Shown here: in pieces, positions 1 through 13,900 of the stretch
Layout of the letters: every line of letters begins with the position of its first letter
Position numbering within the stretch: position 1 is the first letter of the stretch
From: Felis catus
Lineage: Eukaryota
Length of the DNA: 64,000 bases
NCBI RefSeq assembly: GCF_018350175.1
Contig: NC_058379.1
Span: 29,326,001 to 29,390,000, forward strand
Direction: 5' to 3'
Program-made: the position numbers and the translations under genes
The notes under the pieces: model-generated
Database searches by the model: none
Told to the model about the DNA's origin: nothing
The model's input: the letters and a program-made list of their open reading frames with translations, nothing else

Positions 1-434
1 CTTTCCTGTTGATTGTCCTGGAGCTTCTTCCTTCTGCTTTTCTGTAGCTGTAATGGTTGAAACCAAGTGAGGGGAGCCCTGGTTTCTGACCCAGTGCCAT
101 ACATAAAAAATAATTTTGCCACCAACCTCAGATTGCACTGGGGATGTTCTTAGGGAGAAGAGCATCCCTCCATGTTGGTGGGAACTGTTGAGCTCCTGTC
201 CAAACCAGGCACAGGCTTTGTGGACAGAAGCCACCAGGGGCACTGCCCTCCATGGTCTCTGTAACATTGAGTGTGGCTCCACCCGCAAGGTGTTGTGGCC
301 TGACAGAAATGGGAAACATCTGGATTGCAGAGTGGAAGACAATGTATAGATAGCAACATGAACAGAAGTTATGAAAGATTATATAGACAGCATGACTTCA
401 GTTTTATAACTACTTATAAGAAATATGTATAGAT

Positions 435-1748
435 GGGATGCTTGGGTGGCACAGTCAGTTAAGTGTCTGGCTCTTGCTTTCAGCCCAGGTCATGATGTCA
501 CGGTTTGTGAGATCGATCCCCACATCGGGCTCCATGCTGACAATGCAGAGCCTGCTTGGGAATCTTTCTCTCCCTCCCTCTCTGCCCCTCCCCTGCTTGC
601 TAGCCCTCTCTCTCAAAAATAAACTTTAAAAAAATTAAAAAATATATATGTATAGATATCCAGAATAAAATGTCTTTGTTTATGCTACATATGCATAGAG
701 AACATAGCAGGGCCACGCAGCAGGGACTAACAGCTATTATCTGGAGGATGGAATGTTTAATACTTTGTTGTTGTTGTTGCTTTTGTTATATTTCTATGAA
801 GAATAATAATAAGGCTACTTCATTCCTGGGGGTAGTGGATTGTGTTGTGAGAAGTACATAGGAGTTCGGAGGAGAGAATATTCCTTGTTGAATTCAGTTC
901 ATGGATATTGTGATTTTTAAAACATTAAAAAAATTTTTTTAATGTTTATTTATTTTTGAGAGAGGGAGAGAGACAGAGTGAGAGTGGGGGAGGGGCAGAG
1001 AGAGAAGGAGACACAGAATCTGAAGCAGGCTCCAGGCTCCGAGCTGTCAGCACAGATCCCGACGCAGGGCTCGAACTCACGGACGGCGATACCATGACCT
1101 GAGCCAAAGTTGGATGCTTAACTGACTGAGCCACCCAGGTGCCCCACTGAGCATGATTTTTAAATTTAGTTATAATTCATAGGGTAGTTTGGTCATGAGA
1201 GATTGGAAAACCAGTTCTAAGATTACTTCCACTATACTTTCAGTATGATGGAATTCTGTAGTGTGGGGTCTTCATTGACAACTATAGTGTGAAAAACCCT
1301 GTGAACCAAATTGTTGGAAATGGTACAAATAACTCATTCAGAAAGCAACATTAGTGCAAAATCAGCCTACTAATTGAGCAGATTTTGTGATTCAGGCAAT
1401 CAGGAAGCTTATTTTCAGAATAGCTACAAAAGAATAAATACTTGACAGTTTACAAAGGGTAAAAAGACATTGTCTGTGTTCAGAAGACCCATGAGCTTAT
1501 CTCAGCTTTTGAGAAGACTCTAAAAATTTTTTTTAATGATTATTTATTCTTGAGAGAGAGAAAGAGAGAGGATGAGCAGGGGAGGGACAGAGAGAGTGGG
1601 TGGGCTGGGGGGGGGACACACAGAATCCAAACCAAGCTCCAGGCTCTGAGCTGTCAGCATAGAGCCCAATGCAGGGCTCCAACCCATGAACCATGAGATC
1701 ATGACCTGAGCCAAAGATGGACGCTTAACTGAGCCACCCAGGAGCCCC
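435..1748. mobile_element. Three Can-SINE copies (about 435-640 +, 930-1145 -, 1525-1748 -)
   Basis: tRNA-like head (gg..cctgggtggctcagtc.gttaag), (CT)n stretch and A-rich tail. Confidence 0.9.
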
Positions 1749-2475
1749 AATTGACAAGATTCTAGAGTAGACCCTGAAGGCATGAGAGCATAGAAAGCTC
1801 CCCTTTAACAGCACAGCTCAACTATGGGGGGCGGGTAGCCAGCAGGTCAGGTCTGGGCTTGGCATCATTGTGAATCTCGGGCTTTGTTAGCTTGCTGGGT
1901 GAGGCATGGGGAAAGGATGGGATGCGACTGAGGGGTCGTCACCAAAATGGACAGAAGTGGATGCGATACACAGAGCCTTTAGTTCATCCTGGAGTGAAGA
2001 AGGGACAGCATGTTCGTTAGCTCTAAACCAGGATCCACCTGTGTGCATCAAGTCAGCCATGAGTCCTGCATGTGGTGTCAGACAGTTAGCTGTGTACATG
2101 CTGTGGGGACACACCATGTGGCAGCAGTCCACGTACGTCAGGGAGTGGGAGGATTGGACTGACTTCCTCTGTGGCTGCCAGAGAGCTGTGTGGTGTCCTT
2201 ATTGCATCATAGAGAATGCAGTCACAGCAGTGACACAAACTGTGACTTCTGTGGGGAAACTGAAGGAATCAGGGTCAACATTCAAGAAAGGGAAGACGTG
2301 CAGTGGGGTCTTGAGATTCTTGAAGGGTTGCCCTGGAAAGGAAAGATTAGGTTTGGCCACAGGGTTAGGAGTAGGACACATGGGTAAACGGCCCCAGATG
2401 GTCTGATGCCATGTGTGGAGGAGCTTCCTCTTGGTCTTAGTTGCCACAGAATGACTTTGTGCCTTGCAAAGTTGG

Positions 2476-2750
2476 TGTCGAGAACTGTGAAGGATCTGAA
2501 GTTTTTACCCTACTTGCAAGCTAACAAGGTAGCCTGCCACGGCTTATTGGACGCTGGCAGGAGACAAAAGACTTCTTGTACAGGGACAGAGGACAATTCG
2601 TGACTCATGATACAGCAAGCCACATGAGCATCAGCACATTCTCATCAGTGCCTCTTGCCCGCAGGCCCCACAGAGGTGACGAGGATGGGCCCAGAGGTAT
2701 GCCTGCACATGCAGCAAGTTGTGTTGCAGGAGAGGAAGGGTGAGTTTAGG
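2476..2750. mobile_element. Ancient ERVL-type LTR fragment
   Basis: tgtcgagaactgtgaaggatctgaagttttaccctacttgcaagctaacaaggtagcctgccac resembles eutherian ERVL LTR ends; subfamily not assigned. Confidence 0.45.
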
Positions 2751-2957
2751 GTCTTAGGCTGATTACTCAACTTCCACCTCACTTGTTAAGTTTCCAGATG
2801 TGGGTGATGACAGCGTCTGCCTGAGGGTGCTGTTGGGGGAAGTGAATTGGAGATAAGACAGAAAAACAGCTAGCATGTAGTAAGTCTTTGGTAAAGAGTG
2901 GTCGAATCTTATTTACATGCATGTGTGTAATGACTAGAAGCAAATGCAGAGAAGGGT

Positions 2958-3162
2958 TTTTTTTTTTTAAGTTTATTTATTTCGAGACAGAGAGGGAGCA
3001 TGAGTGGGGGAGGGGTAGAGAGAAGAGAGACAGAGAGGGAGAGAAAAAATGAATGAATGAATGAATTCCTAAGCAGGCTCTGCACTGTCAGCGCAGAGCC
3101 CCCAAGATCATGACCTCAGCTAAAGTTGAACGCTCAACTGACTGAGCCATCCAGATGACCCA
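2958..3162 (-). mobile_element. Can-SINE
   Basis: Poly-T, (GA)n and reverse-complement SINE body. Confidence 0.85.
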
Positions 3163-5337
3163 GAAAAGGGGATTCTTAGCACGAAAGCGATATCAAAGTT
3201 ATTTTTCTTTTTCCTTTTTTCTCAACCATACTGTTGATAAAATACACTTATGTAAAGGGAGAGTGGATACATGTTTGGCTTATCACCTATAGCATCTTCA
3301 GGAGAGAGAGTAAAATTTAAAATCTGTGCAGTAATTTATGACATGTTAAAATTATCAGAAGAAAAAAAATTATCAGAAGAAATTAATTTTACATCTAAAA
3401 ACTTTCCTTGACACAGCAATGTGAGCTGAAGGGAATGCAAGGCATACATAAAGGTGGGAATGACAGAAAAACATTAGTCAGGGTCATGCATAATAAGTTT
3501 AGGTCTGAAATGTCAAAAGTTGTGGGGCTTTAGGCCTTTATCTGGAAGGTATATGCTTCTTCTGTGTTTTAATTTTTGCACACCTTCAGCGAAAGTCCCT
3601 GGGACCGGTGGACAGTCTGTGTGTCAGCACACATTCGAGCCACTCCTTTGGTCCTCCCCAGAGCTCCGGACAAGGACAGAGTCTCGGAGAAGTTAAGGTG
3701 AGCTTAGCCACACTCCCTGGGTTGTGGTGAGAGGCTCAGCCTGTCCTGCTTCTGGTAGCAAGAGAGCTGCTTTTCTTGAGCTTTTTCCCAGGTGCCAGGC
3801 TCATTGGACTGTATGTGCTCATACTTCATCATCAGTGCAGGCTGCTGTTACACTCCCATTTTACAGATGTTCAAGAATGTCCCAGGCTTATCCAGCAAGG
3901 AGGAGGTAGAACCGAGGTTAATACTGGTAACTGGGACCAGCTATCTCTTGCCTCTCAGCTCCTAGCACGGCGCCCAGCACAAGGCAAGGCACAAGGCTGG
4001 TGACTAGTCTGGGGCAGTGAATGAATAAATCTGGCAGAAATCACAAGCCAAACAAAAGTTATAAAGGAAAGCTCTTTTCACTTTGCTCAAGCAGTATAAG
4101 CGAACATGATTTTTACTTAGAAAATTTAAATCTCTCCTAAAAAACAAAAGCAGTATTCTCTGAGTTCCTTCCATTTGTAATTTGTACAAATGTGTATATT
4201 TGTAACAGTGAGTTGAGCTCTCTGTCCTAGGTAGTGACTCGGGGTGGGCAGACAGGGCAAGGTCTGGGAGGGGTCTGCTACCACTTTAACTTCTGGACAG
4301 TGTTGTAGAAAAATCTGTGTTCATGAAGAAGGGATTAGGGAAGGATTTGTTAGGATAAAAATGATTTCCCAATCGTGTCTTCTCCTAACATCCTTTCCCA
4401 GGTGTGTGCAGGTCAGTCTCCTCACACAGGCATACGACCCAGACTGTTAGTTAGCATCTCCACTTTCTTCCTGACCCTGAGTCTCCAACTGCCTTACAAG
4501 CTTCCCCACAGGTTAATCTGAGAGTATATCCCGCTGTTCAGGGGGAGTTCGGAGCCCTAAACGTGGCCCCAGGCTTTCCTTAGGAAGACCCTGTGTAACC
4601 CCTCGGCCACACTGTCTGCTCCCAGCCTCTTGTCTTCCCCAGACTGCCCCTTCCAGGCCTCACCATCATAGTCTTTAGTCATATCTGTCTGGAAGTCTTC
4701 TCTCGCCCCTCAGCCTTCCCCAACTTTACCTGTCCTCCAAAGCCCCTGCCCCATGCCTCCCTTCCTTGGGCAGGATTAGAACACAGGGCAGTATAGAGAC
4801 CTGGTGCAAGCCAGCCTTGCTTCCCAGCGGAGGAGCCATGTTTTGCTGGAGGATGCCCAGATGGTTTGGGGCTTGAAGTGGGGTGGGGGGGGGCGCTGCC
4901 AATAGCATTCCTGGGCGCTCTGTGAAGCTTAGCTTTCTTTGGGTTGGGTGTGACATGGCACACCTGGATGGCACGCAGGAGAGCCAGAGTATTGGGAAAA
5001 GGCAGTAGATGAAGGGTTTGCTCAACCCTGGAGGTAGAGGGAGGGTGGGAAGAGTCTGGGGCTCTTTTTCTTGGGGCATCTCTCAGAGGCTCCTGGGCCC
5101 ATCAGGGCATCCAGGCCCTGAAGTCTAGATCTTTGAGCTGTCCTCAAGTCTAGATCTTTGAGCTGTCCTAGGGACAAGGATGTGGGGCATGGTTCTGGCC
5201 ATGTGTGGATAGTAACTAGGGGCAAGCTCTGTTCCCCAGAGTTCAGCTGGAGTTCCGCCACCTCTTTGAACCGTTAGCACTCAGTGTGGTCTTGGTTGGG
5301 TTGTTATATGTTCATATTGTGTGTGACTGTTCATATT

Positions 5338-6862
5338 TTCAAAAAAGATATTTGCAAAAGACATATCTGATAAAGGGCTGCTATCCGAAAATATACAAAA
5401 AATTGTTAAAACTCTATAGAGTCTGATTTTCAAATGGGCAAAAAATCTGAATAGATACCTCACCAAAGAAGATATATAGATGACAATAAGCATATGAAAA
5501 GATAGTCAACATCATATTGTCATTAGGGAATTGCAAACTAAAGTAACATGATACCATACACACCTATTAGAATGGCAAAAGTCTAAAACACTAACACTAA
5601 CAAATGCTGGGGAGGATGTCTTGGTGGCTTTCATTTGTTGCTGGTGGGAATATAAAATAGTGCAGCCGCTTTGGAAGACAGTTGGTGATTGTTTTTTTAA
5701 TGTTTATTATTATTTTTTTTTTTTTGAAAGAGAAAGTGTGAGTAAGAGAGAGGCTGAGAGAGAGGGAGACACAGAATCTGAAGCAGGCTCCAGGCTCTGA
5801 GCTATCAGCACAGAGCCTGATACATGGCTCAAACCCACAAACCTCAGGATCATGACCTAAGCCAAAGTTGGACGCTTAACTGACTGAGCCACTCAGGCAC
5901 CCCAGTTGGTGATTTTTTTTTAATGTTTAGTTTGGAGGCACCTGGGTGGTTAAGTCAGTTAAGTGTCCAACTTCGGCTCAGGTCATGATCTCACTTAAGG
6001 TTCGTGGGTTCAAGCCCGGTGTCAGGCTCTGTGCAGAAAGCTCAGAGCCTGGAACCTACTTCAGATTCTGTGTCTCCCTCTCTCTCTGCCCCTCCCCCGC
6101 TCATGCTTTGTCTGTCTGTCTCTCTCTCTCAAAAATAAATAACTATTAAAAAATGTAAATGTTTAGTTTGTGAGAGACAGAGAATGAGAGCACAAGTGGG
6201 CAGAGGGGGAGGGAGGGAGGGAGGGAGGGAGGGAGGGAGGGAGAGAGAATGAGAGAATGAGAATATATCTCAAGCAGGCTCCATGCCCAGCACGGAGCCT
6301 GCTGGAAGACTCCATCCCATGACCTGAGCCAAAATCAAGAGTTGGTTGCTTAACCGACTGAGCCACCCAGGCACCCTGACAGTTGGTGCTTTTTAACAAA
6401 GCTAAACATAGTCTTAACCTACAATCTAGGAATCATGCTGCTCAGTGTTTACCCAAAGGAGTTAGGAATGCATATCCACACAAAAACTGACACACAGGTG
6501 TGTATAGCACCTTTATTCATAATTGCTAAACTTGGAAGCAACCAAGATGTCCCTCAGTGGATGAATGGAGTAAGCGGTGATAAATCCAGAAAACAAAATA
6601 TTTAGTGCTAAGAAGAATGAGCTATCGTGCCATGAAAAAACATGGCAAAACCTTAAATGAATGTAACTAAATGAAATATGCTAATCTGAATGATTCCACC
6701 TATAATGTATGATACCATACCAAACCAACAAAATGCATACCAAGAATTAACCTTAGTATAACTGGACTATGGATAACAATGAGCTGTCAGTGTAGGTTCA
6801 TCGATTGTAACCACTCTATGGGGGATGTTGATAGTGGAGGAGGGGACATATAGGAATTCAGT
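5338..6862 (+). mobile_element. Old L1 3' end interrupted by three Can-SINEs (about 5692-5902 -, 5934-6150 +, 6160-6377 -)
   Basis: L1 ORF2-end and 3'UTR signatures: atatttgcaaaagacatatctgataaaggg, aaatgggcaaaaaatctgaatagatacctcaccaaagaagatata, ttggaagcaaccaagatgtccctcagtggatgaatgg. Confidence 0.85.
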
Positions 6863-6863
6863 A

Positions 6864-7505
6864 CAGCTTTCCCCTGCTATCAGGGGAGCATTCTGGGGCA
6901 CCCAGCTGGCTCATTTGGTGGAGCATGCAACCCTTGACCTCAAGGTTGTGAGTTCAAGCCCCATGTTGGGTGTAGAGATTACTTAAAAATAAGTCTTAAA
7001 ACACACACACTCACACACACAACTGGAGCATTCCTAGGAAACCTTTTATAAGCCAAAATGGTGTAAAACAAAGAAGCATTTAGTTACTATTAATTTATAT
7101 GGAAAAAATTGTTAGTGTTTCCAGACCCCAAAATTAACCTCTCAGGCTTGTCTGATACCTTAGGGACATGTATTGCGCACAGATAGACAAAAGAAGTCAA
7201 GGTAAAGCACAGATGTTTACAGATACAGTTCAAAGCTCTGACGGCTTGACTCTGAGATGCTGAGTGCAGTTCCTGAAGAAGGCACTTGTCGGCGCCACCA
7301 CTCTGGCTGCTCCAGGTGCAGTGCTCTCTATAAATGATTGCTGCAAAACAGATGCTGAATGCTATTTTCATTTTTTGCCTTTTTTGGTAAAAGTGAAAAT
7401 CCTCTTCAGATTTCTGTCTGTTGGCTAGCAAAACAGGTACTAACATAGGCCTTTCAAGAAAGCAAAGTGGCGTCACTCAAACTTCTGGAAAGTGGGGGAT
7501 ACCTG
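6864..7505. mobile_element. Tigger-like (Tc1/mariner) non-autonomous DNA transposon with a nested short SINE (about 6895-7020)
   Basis: Imperfect terminal inverted repeats cagctttcccctgctatc and gaaagtgggggatacctg, flanked by TA on both sides. The nested SINE is flanked by ggagcattc repeats. Confidence 0.6.
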
Positions 7506-7917
7506 TACTTCCCTCTCAGTTTTGCTGTAAACCTAAACCTACTCAAACAAACAAAGTCTATTAAGGATACAAAGAGAAAGAGACCACACGGCCAGTTGCA
7601 GACCTTTATGCAGCTTTGCGGACATCCTGCTCCGGAAACACTGATTGATGGTTGCCCTGAAGGTGACAAGGCTTCAATTGGCATACTATTTGAAATAAGT
7701 TAATTTTTCAAGTAAACAGGACAGTCCTGTCTCAGCTACAGGTGTTTGAACTGTAGCGTGTTCATTTTGATTTTTNNNNNNNNNNNNNNNNNNNNNNNNN
7801 NNNNNNNNNNNNNNNNNNNNNNNNNNNNNNNNNNNNNNNNNNNNNNNNNNNNNNNNNNNNNNNNNNNNNNNNNNNNNNNNNNNNNNNNNNNNNNNNNNNN
7901 NNNNNNNNNNNNNNNNN

Positions 7918-10900
7918 AGGTCTGTCTGCCGGTAATTAGTGCTGAAAACTGGAAGCCAGCAACCAAAACCGACCAAGGTAAGGCATGCTTCTTGTGTCTT
8001 TCTCAGGTGGTGCTCTTCTGGGGATGCTGTTGTGGGGCAGGGGCCCCTCAGTCCTTTCTAATGCCATGTTTCACAGATTCCAGAGAAATCTTACCTGACC
8101 CAACTCCAGTGCATGCACAAGTATTGCTGAGGTTCCCGCCATTCCTCATGGGCAGGGCACATCTCAGTCAAACCATTGACCTGCACAGGTATTTGAGGAG
8201 GCCCTCCTGTGCTCGCAGACCAGTGGGGACACATGTAAATAGACCAGCCCAGCATTTGCTGCCTGTGCAGTTAGGGGGTGTAGGTACTGTCCCTGGAAGT
8301 TTTCATGAAGGATTGTGGGGCTACTTTGAGTGGGAAAGGGCGAATGGTGTTTAAGGTAACCTCATACAGCAGTTAGCACATGAACTCAGACTTGAAGGAG
8401 GGAGGGAGGTTGAAGAGGCCCTGCCAGGCTAAAAGAAGGGTGCAAATCAAAGCTACCTGGCAGACAGCACAATGCCAGTGGCTCAGAGTGGGTGGTGCTG
8501 GGGGGAAGGGGCATGGTCAAGGGCTGTGTGCCCAGATAAAAGCACAAAGTTGGCTTTAGTGGACCTGGAATTCCTTGCAATTGAATGTGGCCATGTGTCC
8601 AGGTACTTCTGTATGAACATACATGTGCTAATTTTTCTGGGAAAGGTACTTGATTCATTATTATGGTTGGCCTTCCTCTTGTCCCTTGGAAGTATCTAGA
8701 TTTTGTTATGGACTGTGTCTAGTTTTTATTTCTTAACTTCAGAACTTTCTTTTGAACTTTTAATCTCATATTGTTGGTGCGTAGCCACCTGAACCACTAT
8801 ACGATCTTTTCAGATTAAAGGGAGTGAATGAGGGTGGAAGGCCTCAGATGGTTTTTCAGACTGATATAGTAATTTTTCATTGGAACCCCTGGAAGATGGA
8901 GTTGAAATCCTTTTGCATGGGAAGTTGAGCCTCTCTTGTTTGAAATAATCATCATGAAAGGTGTCCATCAGGCTTTCACAGCTCAGTAGTAGAAAGGAAT
9001 GGGTCTAAATGTTGAGTCTGGGTAGAGAGATCTCCAGTGGACGTGACTTTCGATCATGGACGACGTGATGTTTATAAAAGCTGATGAAGTTGTTCTTAAG
9101 TGCACATACTTGGTTTTTGTTTTTGTTTTTCTATACAAATTCCTAGCTCTGTGTTGGAAGGCTGTAGCTGCATTTGTTCCGGAATGCCTTGTCAGCCTCT
9201 CACACAACTTCAGGAGCCCAAGTTGTGTGTATCTAACACCATGCCCTGGGAGGGGAAGCCCTTCCAGGCCTGGCTGCGCCACAGCTAAGACTGCCAGGCC
9301 TCAAAGTTACAAGATCTCCTCCCTTACCTGAGAAATGGAGTGGGACCAGGGGCATTGAGGCTTGTAGGAGATACAAACACAAGTAAAAGTGCTCCACACC
9401 TCTTCAGGGACTAGCTGCTCAGGATGGACAGATGTAGGCGCATAGCCAAAATGCTGGGCTCCCCTCCACCCCTAAATTAGATACCTGTCAGATACCTGAG
9501 ATAGGCTTTTCGTTCTTTTGGTACTTGCCGGTGGGCTTTTTTTTAATTTTTTTTTTTTTTAACATTTATTTATTTTTGAGAGACAGACACAGCATGAGTG
9601 GGGGAGGGGCAGAGAGAGAGAAGGAGACACAGAATCTGAAGCAGGCTGCAGGCTCTGAGCAAGCTGTCAGCACAGAGCCTGATGCGGGGCTCGAACCCAC
9701 AAACTGTGAGATCACGACCTGAGCCGAAGTCGGATGCTCAGCTGACTGAGCCACCCAGGCGCCCTTGCCGGCAGGCTTTTTAAGATAAAAATTTTGGTAC
9801 AGGGTACTGTTGTGTGTGAAGTGATGGGCAGACTTGCTATTTTGTTATTTGGGACAGTTAGGGTTTCTTTCTGGAAAATCGTTCTGTAGCTTGTCCTCAC
9901 ATACATCAGGCATGTTGTCCCTGGCACTTGCTGATATGCTTCCTTGTTTCTGCTGTCTATTATTATGTTACAAACCACCTTAAAACTTCATGACTTAAAA
10001 TAACAGCAATTTGGTATTTCTCATTCTGTAGATTGGCTGGGCTCAGCTGGATGGTTCTGTAGCTGGTCATCCCTGAGGTAACTCATGGCTGAGTATCTCT
10101 GTAATTCAGCATTCACAGCAACTTTACAGTACATAACTACTGCAAAACAAAAACAAAAACAAAAAACCCAAAACACCCAAAAACCCAAAAAAACTAGAAT
10201 CAGCTGTACCTGGAATGTCCAGAATAGGCAAATCTAGAGATAGAACATAGATTAGTGTTTGTCAGGGGTGGGATGAGGGGATTAGGAAGTGACTCTTTAT
10301 AAGAGTGGGTGTTTTTGGAATGATGAATATGTTCTGGAATGAAATAGTAGTGGTATTACACGGTTTTGTGTTATCTGCTGAAAACAACTTAATTTGTATA
10401 CTTTTAAGATTTTTTTTTAATGTTTGTATATTTTTGAGAGAGAGAGCATGAGCAGGGGAGGGGCAGAGAGAGAGAGGGAGACAGAGAATCGTGGGCCTTG
10501 AACTCACGAACCTTGAGATCATAACCTGAGTCGAAATTGGATGCTCAAACAGCTGAGCCACCCAGGTGCCCCTTGAGTTTTAATTAGAAAGTAGAGAAGC
10601 ATTAAAAATTGAGCAAAAGTATGGGGTGCCTGAATGGTTCAGTTGGTTAAGTGTCTGACTTCAGCTCAGGTCATGAACTCGCAGTTTCATGAGTTCCAGC
10701 TCCGTGTCGGGCTCTGTGCTGACAGCTCGGAGCCTGGAGCCTGCTTTGGATTGTGTTTCTGTCTCTCTGCCCCTTCCCCACTTCCACCCTGTCTCTTCTA
10801 AAAATAAATAAACATTTTAAAAAATTGAGCAAAAATAGCAGGAGAAAAGTCAAGAAACAAAGCAAAACTGTATCAAACAGAGAGGTAGTAGATGTTGACA

Positions 10901-13900
10901 ATAAAAATACCAGAAAAAAGGAATGTGAAAACAAAGTTTTGCATAGCAGTGTATCTGCTTCTAGTAGATATCTTAGCAGTAGAGCAAGGGCTTAATGTGG
11001 TAGTTGAATAAGATTTGCCATATAAATTGGAGTCTGTAACAAAGCCAGCATAATATGGATTCTGTGTGAACCAAACAATAGCGACAGAAATATATAAAGA
11101 GAAAAATAATTCCTTAATTGAATGTTTCAGTTCCCCCTGCATTATTATCTTAAATCAAGTGGATAAAATTTAGAAAGAGGACTCAGTAAATATAATAAAC
11201 AGTGTAAGATTAATTAGATTTTGTAGTACATTTTGTGGAAGGCATCAGATAGCCTTTAGGGATGGGGGAATGTACCATTCACATTTTACTCTGAGAATGG
11301 AGCCCCCGGATCTCCATGAAAAGGGGGGGGATGTCATGGATATTGTTTACATTCCCCATTACAAAGAAACTAAGAACAAAAACAAGGAAATTTTATAGCC
11401 TTTATTCTCTGACTGTATACATTGAGAGTGGGAGGTAAAATTTGATTTTGTTCTTTAGCCCCTACATTTTGGAGGAGAAAAAAAATACTCCTGAGGAGCA
11501 TTTGGGTCAAGGAAGAGATTTAAAAAAAAAAAAAATAGGGCTAGACCACTTGTAAAATACAATGAATGTGCTGTTTTATGTATGAAAAATGCTGGGATGG
11601 GGCCACAGTTGTAGTTTGAAAATCTGTTGTAGCTGTCAGTTTCCTTACTATCAAAGCAAGCTAAGCTCAGCTAGACTTTATTACAGTTTAGCCAAGGAGC
11701 CAGAAATGCACCCAGAGGAACAGAGAAAGAATGAAATACTCATCAGAACAAGTAAAAAAAATTGGAAAATATTTTGACTTGATCAAATAAGCAAAAGCAA
11801 GTTCCCAGACAAGAATTAAATAGATACAGAAATCTTACAAATTAGTCATCTTTTGAAAAAACAGTCTTGGGGTGCCTGGGTGGCACAGTTGGTTAAGCAT
11901 CCGACTCTTGATCTTGGCTCAGGTCATGATCCCACAGTCTGTGGGTTTAAGCCCTGCATCAAGTCCTGCGCTGATGGTGTGGAGTCTGCTTGGGATTCTG
12001 CCCCTCCCCTGCTTCTGCTCGCTTGCTCTCTCAAAATAAATAAATAAACTTAAAAAAAAAAAAAAAAGAAAGAAAAAGAAAAACTAGCCTTAATAGTTAA
12101 CAAAATGGTTTTTATACCAATAGATTAGGTATTAAGATGGGCTAGTTGGGGTGCCTGGGTGGCTCAGTCAGTTAAGCATCCAACTTCGGCTCAGGTCATG
12201 ATCTCACAATTCGTGAGTTCGAGCCCTGCATCGGTCTCTGTGCTGACGGCTCGGAGCCTGGAGCCTGCTTCACATTCTGTGTCTCCCTCTCTCTCTGCCC
12301 CTTCCTTGCTCATGCTGTGTCTATCTCTGTCTCAAAAATAAATAAATATTAAAAAAAAAAAAAATTAAAAAAAAAAAAAAAAAAAGATGGGCTAGTGAAC
12401 AGCAGAGAGCCTGAGTATCCATCACAGAGGGTGAACAGGAAAACTTGAAAACTCATCAGTACCTCCCACAAAGTACTTATCCAGGCAAGAACCCTCTGAG
12501 GTTCCTGAAATGCTAATGAAGCATCAGTTCTGCTACAGAACTGTTTCTGATCATGGAAGAAGACGGGAAGCCACCTTGTTGACACAGTGAGTCAGATGTG
12601 GTTCAAGTTTCTAGCCTGAAGTCAAGAGCAGCAAAAGAGTATGGGGAAGTCTGTGGAGCAGTCTCGCAGCTGAGCATGGGGTGGAGAAATCTGGGAGCTT
12701 GCTAAATTAGGGCCTGGCCTGCAAGCTGGGGTAGCATCTGGGAGAAGCTGTGAAAGATGTCCTCAGGAAGAGGGTTTGTCCATGTGCTTGCTTCCCCTGG
12801 CTGGACAGGAGGGAGCCTTAGGTGCTTATTTTAATGTTTGTTGATGCATGCCTTCTGTTTATGGTGAGTGAAAGTGGTTTTCCATTGGAGTTACTAACAT
12901 TTACTTTTCCTTTATAAAATATAAATATTTTTATTTTTTAATGTGATTTAGAGAAATATATTAGGTAAGTAGTCACTTAGGTTATATGTGGAAACACGGC
13001 AAATAGTGGAATACCAATGGTTGAAGTTGGGGAAATAGGGACAAAATACCTTTATCATTGTTTCTGCTGTTACACAAGAATAAAATATAGAAAGGGTAAA
13101 TCTTAAATAGACAGAAATATACTTCCAGAGCCTGCTTTCTCTTAAGAGATATTTACAGGTGGGAGGTGATAATGCCTGCCCCTGAGGGTGGTGTGGAGAT
13201 AGGGAGAAACTGCCCTAACCTACAGAGCTGTTTCCAGGCCTTTCATTCCTGCTTGCTCTCCCCAGTCCACCCTTTCTGCCCACCTCCTCCATACTCAGCC
13301 TGGACCCTATTGGCCTCGCCTGTGCCCACCATGGTCACAGGAACCCTCAATTGCCCTGTCTCACTTGGTAACACTAATAGACAGAGGTGAGGGCAGGTGG
13401 TATTTGGATGCCTGGCCAGGAGTACTTTGTGCTGTTCCCCCCACTCAGAGTGGACCTATTGGCTGGTTATGTTTTGTACCTGACCCAGCCAGTGGTAGCA
13501 GGTAATCCATAACTTGTAATGCTAGGGTGAAGAACATGGCTCCCAGGAAAGGAATCCATGGCTTCGGTAATCCAGAGAAGAGATGCCTTTTTTGCTAGGA
13601 ACATGACAGTGGGAAGAAACATGGAACTCTGGGGGTGCCAGTCCTAATCAGGGCGGGGTGAGGAGAAGCATGTGGGAGAAGGCAAAGTGCCTGCATGTAC
13701 CCCATTTCTGAGGTGAGGAGGCTTGGGGTTCCTGAGCCTTCTGTGCTTCCCGCTTGATCTCTCTTTCCCATCTTCTGTTCCCTGGTGGCCCTTCCATCCC
13801 AGGCCTAGCCTTCCAGTACATCTAGGATTTACTGTACTTTGGGAAAGCATTGTGGAACCCACCCTGAGCTGTGTGATTTCTGCCTGTGGGATTGAGAGCA

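Noticed and set aside
435-520. tRNA-like A/B box sequence at SINE heads
   Set aside because: It is the tRNA-derived part of Can-SINE; no complete cloverleaf tRNA gene was seen.
946-1134. Recurrent short ORFs such as [14 protein letters not shown]...
   Set aside because: These are translations of Can-SINE bodies, repeated throughout the window, not genes.
1906-2406. 166-aa ORF in a UBE2L3 intron
   Set aside because: It looks like a decayed ancient LINE (CR1/L3-like) remnant at best and has no coherent domain.
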